Shown: positions 42,436 to 50,523, counted from the stretch's first letter. The stretch: DNA of 59,745 nt from an uncultured virus (IMG/VR IMGVR_UViG_2061766007_000865) (IMGVR_UViG_2061766007_000865), one strand, 5' to 3'. Made by a program: numbers and translations. Notes: generated by a model not told the origin, from the sequence alone.

Positions 42436-42536
42436 CCAAATTAAGAATACATCAGGACCACGAATCAGTTTCAGCTACGTTGCATTTCCATTGTAACACA
42501 CAATTTTCATACTTTTTACTTTTTTATTAATATTAT

Positions 42537-42770
42537 GTTGTATTTCACTGTAATACTAATACCACATACAGCTTGTTCCTCCTAGTAAAGGAGATGTTTA
42601 TGGTTGTATTTCACTGTAATACTAATACCACATACAACTTTTTCTATTAGTTTATCTGTATTGTCATAGTTGTATTTCACTGTAATATACATACCACATA
42701 CAACTAAGAGGTTTTAATTATGCAGAGAAAGAACGTTGTATTTCACTGTAATATACATACCACATACAAC
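42537..42770 (-). CRISPR. CRISPR mini-array: 4 x 36-bp repeats, 3 x 30-bp spacers
   Basis: Repeats at 42537, 42603, 42669 and 42735 read GTTGTATTTCACTGTAATA(CTA/TAC)ATACCACATACA(G/A)C. Spacers are all 30 bp and unique. The degenerate repeat is the one distal to TnpB; orientation is inferred. Confidence 0.95.
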
Positions 42771-42976
42771 CTATCCAACATAAGTTGTTTATTATCAGTG
42801 ATTTGTGATGTGTATTACGTCCGAAAAATCACTTCTTCGGTGGCAGGATGACCACTTGTCACCCACTTTTTCTGTTTCATCCAAGCACTACTTTTTAGGT
42901 TTATTACTAAACGGTCATCCATAGGAGGCTAGTCCACAGACTTTACTTCCCCACTACACATGGGTAGGCACTATTT
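42771..42976 (-). ncRNA. omegaRNA/reRNA-like scaffold plus CRISPR leader
   Basis: Begins at the TnpB stop. 8-bp long-range pair GGATGACC/GGTCATCC (42913-42920 with 42846-42853), hairpins, and an IHF consensus TATCAGTGATTTG at 42793-42805. Confidence 0.6.
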
Positions 42977-44134
42977 TCACTGTTGTGCTTCAGTTAGAAT
43001 TCTATAACCCTCATTTTTGATATTAATTGCAGCGTTTATATCTCTATCAATACGTTCACCGCAATTAGGGCATATCCAATATCGTTCACTAAGTTTAAGG
43101 TTTTGCTTAACATATCCACAATGGCTACAAGTTTTAGAACTAGGAAAAAACCTATCAATCTCAATAACTTTAACACCATTCCAAGATGACTTATACTGTA
43201 ATTTAGTCTTAATGTCATTAAACGAAGACTCTTGTATACTTTTTGCCAAATGATGATTTTTTACCATCCCTTTGACATTTAAGTTTTCAAGGCATACAGC
43301 ACTAGTTCTGCTATCATAAGCAATGTCGTGTGTAACCTTGTCAATGAACGCTTTCTTCTTGTTATTTATATTATTTTCAAATTTAGCTAGCTTCAACCTA
43401 GCTTTTTCTTTATTCCTAGAACCATTTTTCTTCTTCGATAGCCTTCTGCAAAGCATTCTATATCTTCTGTCATCTTTGCTATTGATTCTCAGTGAATCAT
43501 ATTTAGTCCCATCACTAGTGATAATTGAATTTTTAACGCCTAAATCAATACCAACAACGGTATCATATGTGACTTCTCTTTCTTCAAGTGGCTCTGTTGT
43601 GTCTTTTACCAATATTGAGATAAAGTACTGGTTTGACTTGTTATATGATAATGTTGCTTGTTTAATTTCTCCATTAAATTTTCTATGAAGTCTAACATCT
43701 ATCAAACTTGCTAATTTTGGTATCTTCACCTTGTTCTCGCCCCAGAACACTTTAATTCCTTGGTATGTCGTATATGACCCACTGAAACTCCTTTTTTTGA
43801 AGACTGGCTCTCCAACATCGGTTTTAATGCCTTGCTTTCTAGTTTTACAAGCCTTAAAAAAATTACTGTAGGAAGCATCCAAATATGTAGATGTCCATAT
43901 TAGAGACTTTGCATCAACGCTTTTAAGCCACGATGTTTCATTGGCTTTCTTAAGAGAAGGTAAATCTCTAGCTACATTGTATTGACAGCTTAAGTGCTCT
44001 CCAGTCTCTTTAAAACACTTCTTAATTTTATCAAGAGCATAATTGTAAAACCATCTATTAGCACCTACGTTTTGCCTTATAAACTGTTTTTGCTCCTCAG
44101 TTGGATAAATTCTATACTTATATGCTCTTAACAT
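42977..44134 (-). CDS. tnpB: TnpB / compact Cas12f-like RNA-guided nuclease, CRISPR-adjacent
   Basis: HTH start RAYKYRIYPT; RuvC-I GIDLG, RuvC-II CLENL, Zn finger CSHCG/CPNCG and RuvC-III DRDINAA all intact. Confidence 0.92.
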   Translation of the reverse strand: MLRAYKYRIYPTEEQKQFIRQNVGANRWFYNYALDKIKKCFKETGEHLSCQYNVARDLPSLKKANETSWLKSVDAKSLIWTSTYLDASYSNFFKACKTRKQGIKTDVGEPVFKKRSFSGSYTTYQGIKVFWGENKVKIPKLASLIDVRLHRKFNGEIKQATLSYNKSNQYFISILVKDTTEPLEEREVTYDTVVGIDLGVKNSIITSDGTKYDSLRINSKDDRRYRMLCRRLSKKKNGSRNKEKARLKLAKFENNINNKKKAFIDKVTHDIAYDSRTSAVCLENLNVKGMVKNHHLAKSIQESSFNDIKTKLQYKSSWNGVKVIEIDRFFPSSKTCSHCGYVKQNLKLSERYWICPNCGERIDRDINAAINIKNEGYRILTEAQQ

Positions 44135-44161
44135 AATTATTTTTTTTCTAGTAAATAAAAA

Positions 44162-44218
44162 CGGAAGCTATTTTTTGTTCAGATTTGCAGTCTAAAAATA
44201 CATTGCTGTGAGCTTCCT
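44162..44218 (-). ncRNA. ACAGCA-motif small RNA with anticodon-arm mimic (GCA)
   Basis: Terminal stem GGAAGCT/AGCTTCC followed by CACAGCAA; internal TTAGA-CTGCAAA-TCTGA. Confidence 0.65.
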
Positions 44219-44223
44219 ATTTG

Positions 44224-44304
44224 TCGTGGGTGAGGGATTTGCACCCTCGAACCTTGCGGACTGGCTTATGAGACCAGCGAATTTGACTACTTTTCTAACC
44301 CACT
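44224..44304 (-). tRNA. tRNA-Met(CAT), initiator-like (1:72 mismatch), extra variable hairpin
   Basis: CTGGT-CT-CAT-AA-GCCAG; T loop TGCAAAT. Confidence 0.75.
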
Positions 44305-44312
44305 ATATAAAA

Positions 44313-44557
44313 AAACCTACGGATATACTTTATCAGGAATCTGGCTTTCTCTGCTGAAGACTTATTTTTACCCATCCACTCATGGGAACTTCACAGAGTG
44401 CTTCACACACCATTAGGTAGCATCGAGTGAGATAGTATTCCATACGCTAGTGGAACTATATAGACATTGTTACATACCTCAATCTACATTCTTCTTAGTG
44501 TGTACCCTTGCGACAAATGTACCCACGCTTGTATATCTACGCCTCTATCGTAGGTTT
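44313..44557 (-). ncRNA. unassigned structured RNA (~245 nt)
   Basis: Non-coding; closed by AAACCTACG/CGTAGGTTT with nested GATATAC/GTATATC. Confidence 0.45.
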
Positions 44558-44566
44558 ATATTATCA

Positions 44567-44653
44567 GGGAACTATAAATTTGATAGAATCGAACTATCTG
44601 TTTTCAATTTAGTCAATTAAAAAGTTATCCAAATGAAACTGCTGTAAGTTCCC
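44567..44653 (-). ncRNA. ACAGCA-motif small RNA with T-arm mimic
   Basis: GGGAACT/AGTTCCC followed by TACAGCAG; internal GATAG-TTCGATT-CTATC. Confidence 0.65.
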
Positions 44654-44834
44654 ACAAAAATCATATGGTCTCATATATAATTAAATATTAAGCCACAATA
44701 AAAAACGGTTGGTTATAAACATGACATTTTACAAACCCTAAAGGATTCAAACTTCCAACCCATAACACCTAGTAGCTATCTAGTGCCAAAGTTTAACGCT
44801 TTGTTTACTTGAAAAAGTGCCCCAAAACGGTACG

Positions 44835-44957
44835 CAGGGATAGCAGGATTCGAACCGACAACCTTTCGTAAACAGTCAAAGCATCAATCTGTTCCGAAGT
44901 CGAGATTGTTTATAGCTTAAATCGAAACGAATTACTCTACCGTTGAGCTATATCCCT
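44835..44957 (-). ncRNA. tRNA-like RNA with ~50-nt insert in place of the anticodon loop
   Basis: Acceptor AGGGATA/TATCCCT with D and T arms; insert contains CAATCTCGAC-TTCG-GAACAGATTG. Confidence 0.65.
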
Positions 44958-44969
44958 ATGTTAAAAATA

Positions 44970-45780
44970 CAAAAGACTGAGAACATTGTCTTATTGTAGA
45001 TGCCATTTCGCAGAGGTTGGACTCTGTTGTTCACACGCTACCTTACGATAGCCGTAGACACCATGCACGGAGGTTTTGCGAAAACAACCAAACACTTACT
45101 AGTTTAAACCTTTTTAGGTACAGCATCATAGATTTCAGTTCTTCGCCAAGCTCTTGCGGATTCACAGGATGCCTCCTGTTGACTCAGACGAGTACTTTTA
45201 CTATCTTGTTGGATTCCTTGCGAGTCCCCAACCCCTTCATATTGCAGAAGGATAAGTGCATTTTAGCTGCCTAGTGTCGCACACTTTTGCTACAGATTAA
45301 ATTCCTTCGAACGTCATAATTTCGATTTTAATGTCCAACGGTTATGGAAGACGAGGTGCGACCCATAGCATCCGTACCTTTTGAGTACAGCCCACTATAT
45401 CGCCTCCCTACAAAGACTCACCACAAGTCCAATTGCTATTATGCCCTATCAGCCTTACGGTTCTTGTGTCTTTCCACACAAGACTAGAACATAACTGAAC
45501 CCAACACGCCAACTGGTGACTATTGCATCGAGTTCCATACGACATCTATTGTGTTGCCACTCAACCAAAGACATTTAGCCCTTGGTAGCGTATGGCTATG
45601 GTGTTACCCACGCCATAAACCGTACCGTATGCTTTTCAGTGAAATACATAGGGTTGCCCCCACATATCTGCAACACCTAACCGCTAATTAGTGTCACATT
45701 TATCCCATCACTGGATTATCCTTATTGGCCACGAAAGCTGGCCATTCTCCTCATTTTCAGCCGAAACCTACGATGTGGGA
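44970..45780 (-). ncRNA. large structured ncRNA, GOLLD-like, copy A
   Basis: ~800 nt without a credible ORF inside the tRNA cluster; homologous to 46252-46990 with compensatory base changes. Confidence 0.65.
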
Positions 45781-46068
45781 GTTTGTTGGAAGAGTGGTAT
45801 TTGCAACCACGAAGCCTCCGAAGAGACACATCAAGCACGAACTTGATGCCCATTTGTCTACACCGTTATTGCTAACGTTTCTCCTCTGGTATCTTCCAAA
45901 TAAAAGGTTGGCTTGAACTTCCTTTAACATTACTGGTGTTAGTTAAACTATGGTCAACTCTCCACGAGATTCCTCACTACAAGGATTTTTACGTCCAATG
46001 GGATTTCCACCCACATCTAAGGTTTTTATTAACCAATAATTTTTGATATAAAAGGCTCGAAGCCAATG

Positions 46069-46149
46069 TTGCGGAAGTGGGATTTGCACCCACGAACCTT
46101 ACGGACTAGCTTATGAGACTAGTGAGATTGACTACTCCTCCATTCCGCT
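46069..46149 (-). tRNA. tRNA-Met(CAT), initiator-like, extra variable hairpin
   Basis: CTAGT-CT-CAT-AA-GCTAG; paralog of 44224-44304. Confidence 0.75.
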
Positions 46150-46159
46150 ATCTTAAAAT

Positions 46160-46222
46160 CGGAAACTTTTTCTTTCTGTCTTTTACCTTTTATTACTAAA
46201 TAGTAATTGCTGTAAGTTTCCT
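46160..46222 (-). ncRNA. ACAGCA-motif small RNA
   Basis: GGAAACT/AGTTTCC followed by TACAGCAA. Confidence 0.6.
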
Positions 46223-46251
46223 TAAGTTTTTTTTTAACTTTNNNNNNNNNN

Positions 46252-46990
46252 GGTACAGCATCATAGATTTCAGTTCTTCGCCAAGCTCTTGCGGATTCAT
46301 AGGATGCCTCCTATTAACTCAGACGAGTATTTTTACTCTCTTGTTGGATTCCTTGCAAGTCCCCAACCCCTTCATATTGCAGAAGGATAAGTGCATTTTA
46401 GCTGCCTAGTGTCGCACACTTTTGCTTTAAATTATATTTTATAATTTTAAAGACGACAGGACTCGAACCTGTAACATTCAGATTACGATTCTGATGCTCT
46501 GCCATTGAGCTACACTTCCCAACCAATGGAAGACGAGGTGCGACCCTTAGCATCCGTGCCTTTTGAGCACAGCCCACTAAATCGCCTTCCTATGCCAAGA
46601 CTACCACAGTCTTGTAGCACTAATACCCATTCTCAGCCTTACGGTTCTTAACGCTTATAACATTCATCATGCCTTTCACGTTAAGACAAATGTGTATTTG
46701 AACCCAACACGCCAACTGGTGATTATTGTATCAAGTTCCACAAGGTAATCTATTGTATCACTACTCAACCCAAGCTGTCAACCTAGGTAGCATTCCACAC
46801 GGTTTTACCTACCGAACAGTATACCGTACCTTGTGCTTTTCAGTGAAATGCCCTAGTTTCCTAGAACATCTGAGTCGGTTTAGTTGTCAATATCCGTCTC
46901 ATTTATCCCATCACTGGATTATCCTTCCATCTGGCCACGAAAGCTGGCCATTAAGCCTATACCTTTTGCAAGATACTTCCTCTTGGAAAC
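46252..46990 (-). ncRNA. large structured ncRNA, GOLLD-like, copy B (3' end cut by N-gap), with embedded tRNA
   Basis: Homologous to copy A; carries a tRNA-Thr(CGT)-like element at 46448-46519. Confidence 0.65.
46448..46519 (-). tRNA. tRNA-Thr(CGT)-like element embedded in the large RNA; weak acceptor stem
   Basis: TCAGA-AT-CGT-AA-TCTGA; GGTTCGAGTCC; acceptor mostly G-U pairs and a mismatch. Confidence 0.65.
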
Positions 46991-47238
46991 GGCTTAGTTG
47001 AACGAGGTGAATTTGAATCACCGAAGTCACCGAAGTGACACATTAAGCACGAACTTAATGCCCATTTGTCCACATCTGCCATTGCTGACAGTTCTCCTCT
47101 GGTATCGTTCAAAACTAGTTGGAAGAGGTGGATTTGCACACACCGAAGCTCTCGAAAGAGCACATCAATCACGAAATTGATGCCCATTTGTCTACATCAG
47201 CCTTACGACTGTTCTCCTCTGGTATCTTCCAAATAAAG

Positions 47239-47312
47239 TGGCGGTACACAAGAGTCGCACTTGGTGTTTCTAGCTTATGAGGCTAGCGTGTAATCTGTTT
47301 CACTCTACCGCT
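47239..47312 (-). tRNA. divergent tRNA-Met(CAT)-like
   Basis: CTAGC-CT-CAT-AA-GCTAG; atypical D and T arms. Confidence 0.55.
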
Positions 47313-47328
47313 ATGTTATATAATAAAA

Positions 47329-47397
47329 CGGAAACTGTTTTTCTAGCTGCTTCAAATTACAAGTTTGATACTATAAAATAGTTGCTGTAAGTTTCCT
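47329..47397 (-). ncRNA. ACAGCA-motif small RNA with anticodon-arm mimic (TGT)
   Basis: GGAAACT/AGTTTCC followed by TACAGCAA; internal TCAAA-CTTGTAA-TTTGA; just downstream of the promoter at 47418-47451. Confidence 0.65.
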
Positions 47398-47778
47398 CAT
47401 TTATTTCGTTTTAACTTTGCAAAGATATAGATAATTTTTTTAATTTCCAAATTTTTTAGGAACTTTTTTTCATTTACTTTGCAAATTCTTTCATCTTTGT
47501 CAATTCAGCTAAGTTAGCATCTATATCCATGTCCTTAATACTAAAGTCGAATGTCTCAGCATCAATCTTGGCTATGGCGTTTGACAAAAACTCTCTCGTT
47601 ACATTCTTAAGAGTCTCATAGTATTTCTTACCTACAATGGCTTGAGCCTCACGCTTCTCGTACCCNNNNNNNNNNNNNNNNNNNNNNNNNNNNNNNNNNN
47701 NNNNNNNNNNNNNNNNNNNNCTTACTCATAATATGTTGTTTTTGTTTAACAATCCAAATATTCTTAAAACGCATTAAG

Positions 47779-48139
47779 TGGACTTGGAGGGAGTTGAACC
47801 CTCGTCACAATTACCGACCCATAAAGGATTATACAAGCTTTTAGAAAATTGGTGAGTGGCAGATGCCACTACTCACCGCCGCCTCATTTTGAGAAAACAA
47901 GGAAAACAAAGGGGGGATGACTAAAGTCACCGATTCCACCATCTAGCACGAAGCTAGAAAAAAAGTGCTAGGATGTTCTGTTCCTAAGAGCCTAGCCTCT
48001 CGGCTCACGCTTACGCAGCTATAGCGTACTCGTAAGCAGGAGAATCTACGTTCTCTGCGTTTATTTTTTTTGCTATTTGAAGTGTATGCCCACTGCTTGT
48101 CCTTTACTAGACGCATAACGTTCTATACCATTCAAGCCC
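47779..48139 (-). ncRNA. ssrA: tmRNA copy 1
   Basis: Acceptor GGGCTTG/CAAGTCC-A with G3.U70; T arm GAGGG-TTCAACT-CCCTC; tag (A)AENVDSPAYEYAIAA*. Confidence 0.9.
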
Positions 48140-48149
48140 ATTATGTTTG

Positions 48150-48222
48150 TGTTGAAGAGGTGACTCGAACACCTAACCTACTGAATATCAGTCAGTTGCG
48201 CTACCCATTGCGCCACTCCAAC
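48150..48222 (-). tRNA. tRNA-Ile(GAT)
   Basis: ACTGA-CT-GAT-AT-TCAGT; cloverleaf. Confidence 0.85.
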
Positions 48223-48400
48223 ATGTTCGCACTCTGTAACCANNNNNNNNNNAAACCTAACTCCGTATACTGTAATCCACCAAGAAATCTTCTTGCAATA
48301 AAACTCAATCTTCTTTTTTTGCGGTCTTAACTTTCCTTGTATTACCGTTCTTCCTATCTCAAATAATCTATTCTTGATAAATGCTTTAGGNNNNNNNNNN

Positions 48401-48731
48401 AGATTGTACAAGCTTTAAAGTTTGGAGGGGTGTCAAAGCGCAAGAAACCGCTGGACACTCACTTTCCGCCACCGTGTTTTGTGAAAACAAGGAAAACTAG
48501 GGGGATGACTAGAGTCACCGATTCCACCAGTTAATCTCAATAGACTAACAAAAAGTTGCTAGGATGTTCTGTTCCTAAGTGCCTAGCCACTCGGCTCATG
48601 TTTACGCAGCCATTGCGTACTCATAAGCAGGAGAATCTACGTTCTCTGCGTTTATTTGTTTTTGCTATTTAAAGTATATGCCCACTGCTTGTCTCTTACC
48701 AAACGCATTGCTGTCTAATCCATTCAAGCCC
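48401..48731 (-). ncRNA. ssrA: tmRNA copy 2 (3' end in N-gap)
   Basis: 5' GGGCTTGAATGG; tag (A)AENVDSPAYEYAMAA*; homologous to copy 1. Confidence 0.85.
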
Positions 48732-48747
48732 ATTTGATAAATTTTTG

Positions 48748-48823
48748 TGTTGATGGTAGGACTTGAACCTACGAACCCCCACGGTATCAGCGTGGTGCTC
48801 TAAACCAACTGAGCTACACCAAC
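48748..48823 (-). tRNA. tRNA-Ile(GAT)
   Basis: CCACG-CT-GAT-AC-CGTGG; cloverleaf. Confidence 0.85.
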
Positions 48824-48826
48824 ATC

Positions 48827-49036
48827 TTATATAAATACAGTCTTACTGTTTTTTTCTAATTCCTCAAGCGTTCCATGATAAGTAAAACTATCACTATCAC
48901 TCTTAATGTTCACAAGAGCATTACCTTCGCCATCCTTATGCTGCCAGAACGTCTTGATTGTTGACTTCTTTAATCGTGCTATATTGCCACTTGGAAATGT
49001 TATCTCAAGATAGGCATCTGCATATTCATAATTCAT
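48827..49036 (-). CDS. small hypothetical protein
   Basis: 69-aa ORF between RNA genes. Confidence 0.55.
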   Translation of the reverse strand: MNYEYADAYLEITFPSGNIARLKKSTIKTFWQHKDGEGNALVNIKSDSDSFTYHGTLEELEKNSKTVFI

Positions 49037-49056
49037 ATATAATTATTTCAAAATTT

Positions 49057-49185
49057 CGGAAACGTTTTTAACATTTACGTTGCTCTACTACCTGAGCTAT
49101 AAGGAGCTTACACCCCTTAATGAGACTTGCACTCATGACACACGGCTTACAAGGCTTATTAAAATAACCACTGCTGTCTGTTTCC
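49057..49185 (-). ncRNA. YrlA-like RNA: ACAGCA stem plus circularly permuted tRNA domain
   Basis: GGAAACAGACAGCAG, then T arm ATGAG-TGCAAGT-CTCAT, loop-closed acceptor TAAGGGG/CTCCTTA, D arm GCTC-AGGTAGTA-GAGC, then GTTTCC. Confidence 0.7.
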
Positions 49186-49186
49186 T

Positions 49187-49275
49187 TGGTGCTTGCGGAG
49201 AGGATTTGAACCTTCTGTCTCAGTTCGGCTGTTGTCAGCCTCTGCATGCGTTTATACCTATTAAACTTCTCAAGC
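49187..49275 (-). ncRNA. tRNA-like RNA with encoded CCA and an extended arm lacking a 7-nt anticodon loop
   Basis: Acceptor GCTTGAG/CGCAAGC-ACCA; GGTTCAAATCC; arm ends GGCTG-ACAA-CAGCC. Confidence 0.55.
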
Positions 49276-49495
49276 ATATTCGCACTCTGTACCTATAATC
49301 ACTTACAAGCCATCGAGCACTTGTCTTGCACTAACGTTGTTAAGACCAATATACGCCATTCTTGACCTAAAGTATGGTTACGGATGGGAGTGTGCGTACT
49401 GATAACAAAAATAAATATACAAAAAACACCATGTTTAACTATTTTGAAGCCTACTTGAACGTTTAACCTTTCTTGCTCCCATTCAAGATTGGTTG

Positions 49496-49569
49496 TAGAG
49501 AGTGTGTGATTCGAACACACGACTTCCATCTTGTAAGGATGGCACTCTGACCAGCTGAGTTAACCCTCT
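49496..49569 (-). tRNA. tRNA-Val(TAC)
   Basis: CCATC-CT-TAC-AA-GATGG. Confidence 0.9.
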
Positions 49570-49899
49570 AGCTAAGATAGTTTGTTTTAAGTGTAATTCT
49601 ACCTTTCAAGGAGACCTGAGGTTTCCGAAGATTCCACTATTACAGTTCTCTCCTCCCACTGTTTCTTTGTTTCGGTTAGANNNNNNNNNNTACCTAAAGT
49701 ATGGTTACGGATGGGAGTATCTAAATAAACCAACTGTAACAAGATTAAAAAAGGTAAATCCCACTCCCATTTGGGATACAAAGATATAGATTTTTTTCTT
49801 AATTTCCAAATTTTTTAGAAACTTTTTTTCATTTACTTTGCAAATTCTTAATTCTAGTATTGACCATTAATGCTATATAAGTCACTGAGTTGTGCATTA

Positions 49900-50523
49900 T
49901 CAATTCCCATCTACACTAACCTTAGATTCTGCTAATATTTCCTCATTGAGTTTGTCGAGTTCTAACTCTTCATTCTCGTCATATGTGAAATTGCGATACT
50001 TCTTCTTCTTTTTAATGCTGCAACGTCTCACACATTTTTGAGTGTTGTTTTTACTATCAATGACAGCGTTCTCTCCGAATTCAACTGAGTTTCTACCATT
50101 ACCCCAACGGAATTGAAGCCAACCATCATATTCACCCACGTCCCATTTGTAGCCTTCTGGTACTTCACCCTCTTTTCTGAAGAATATGTCTTTGACCTTT
50201 CTTATATCCTCATTCTTGCTAACATACTTAAGTTGGTCATGTCCCCACTTCACAACTCTCTCTTCCTCAAAATCGAGAATGACGTAACCCCAGAGATATT
50301 CATCTAGATATGACTCATCCCACTCATGATGATAAGTGCTTCTTCCACTACGCCAATCGTATCTAGATAGTTTCTTCGGACTTGGTGTATCAGCATAGAA
50401 TTCCTCTAGAAGCTGAGTCTCTTCCATCGCTTCAGTAAGCGTATCGAATTCTGTCTTATCCTCGTGAAATTCTATTCTGCCCCATTTCTCGAATATCACC
50501 ATATATCTCTTTGTATGCTTCAT
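49900..50523 (-). CDS. hypothetical protein
   Basis: 207-aa ORF. Confidence 0.7.
   Translation of the reverse strand: MKHTKRYMVIFEKWGRIEFHEDKTEFDTLTEAMEETQLLEEFYADTPSPKKLSRYDWRSGRSTYHHEWDESYLDEYLWGYVILDFEEERVVKWGHDQLKYVSKNEDIRKVKDIFFRKEGEVPEGYKWDVGEYDGWLQFRWGNGRNSVEFGENAVIDSKNNTQKCVRRCSIKKKKKYRNFTYDENEELELDKLNEEILAESKVSVDGN

Noticed and set aside
42573..42734. Spacers targeting this window
   Set aside because: No match to the three spacers noticed by eye; an alignment is needed to confirm.
42974..42983. Repeat-like ACAGTGAAA at the TnpB stop codon as a fifth repeat
   Set aside because: Only a 9-10 nt match in AT-rich DNA, out of register with the 66-bp array period.
42977..44134. Complete IS200/IS605 or IS607 transposon
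   Set aside because: No tnpA (Y1 or serine recombinase) nearby and no recognisable paired element ends; the upstream flank is an ACAGCA RNA and a tRNA.
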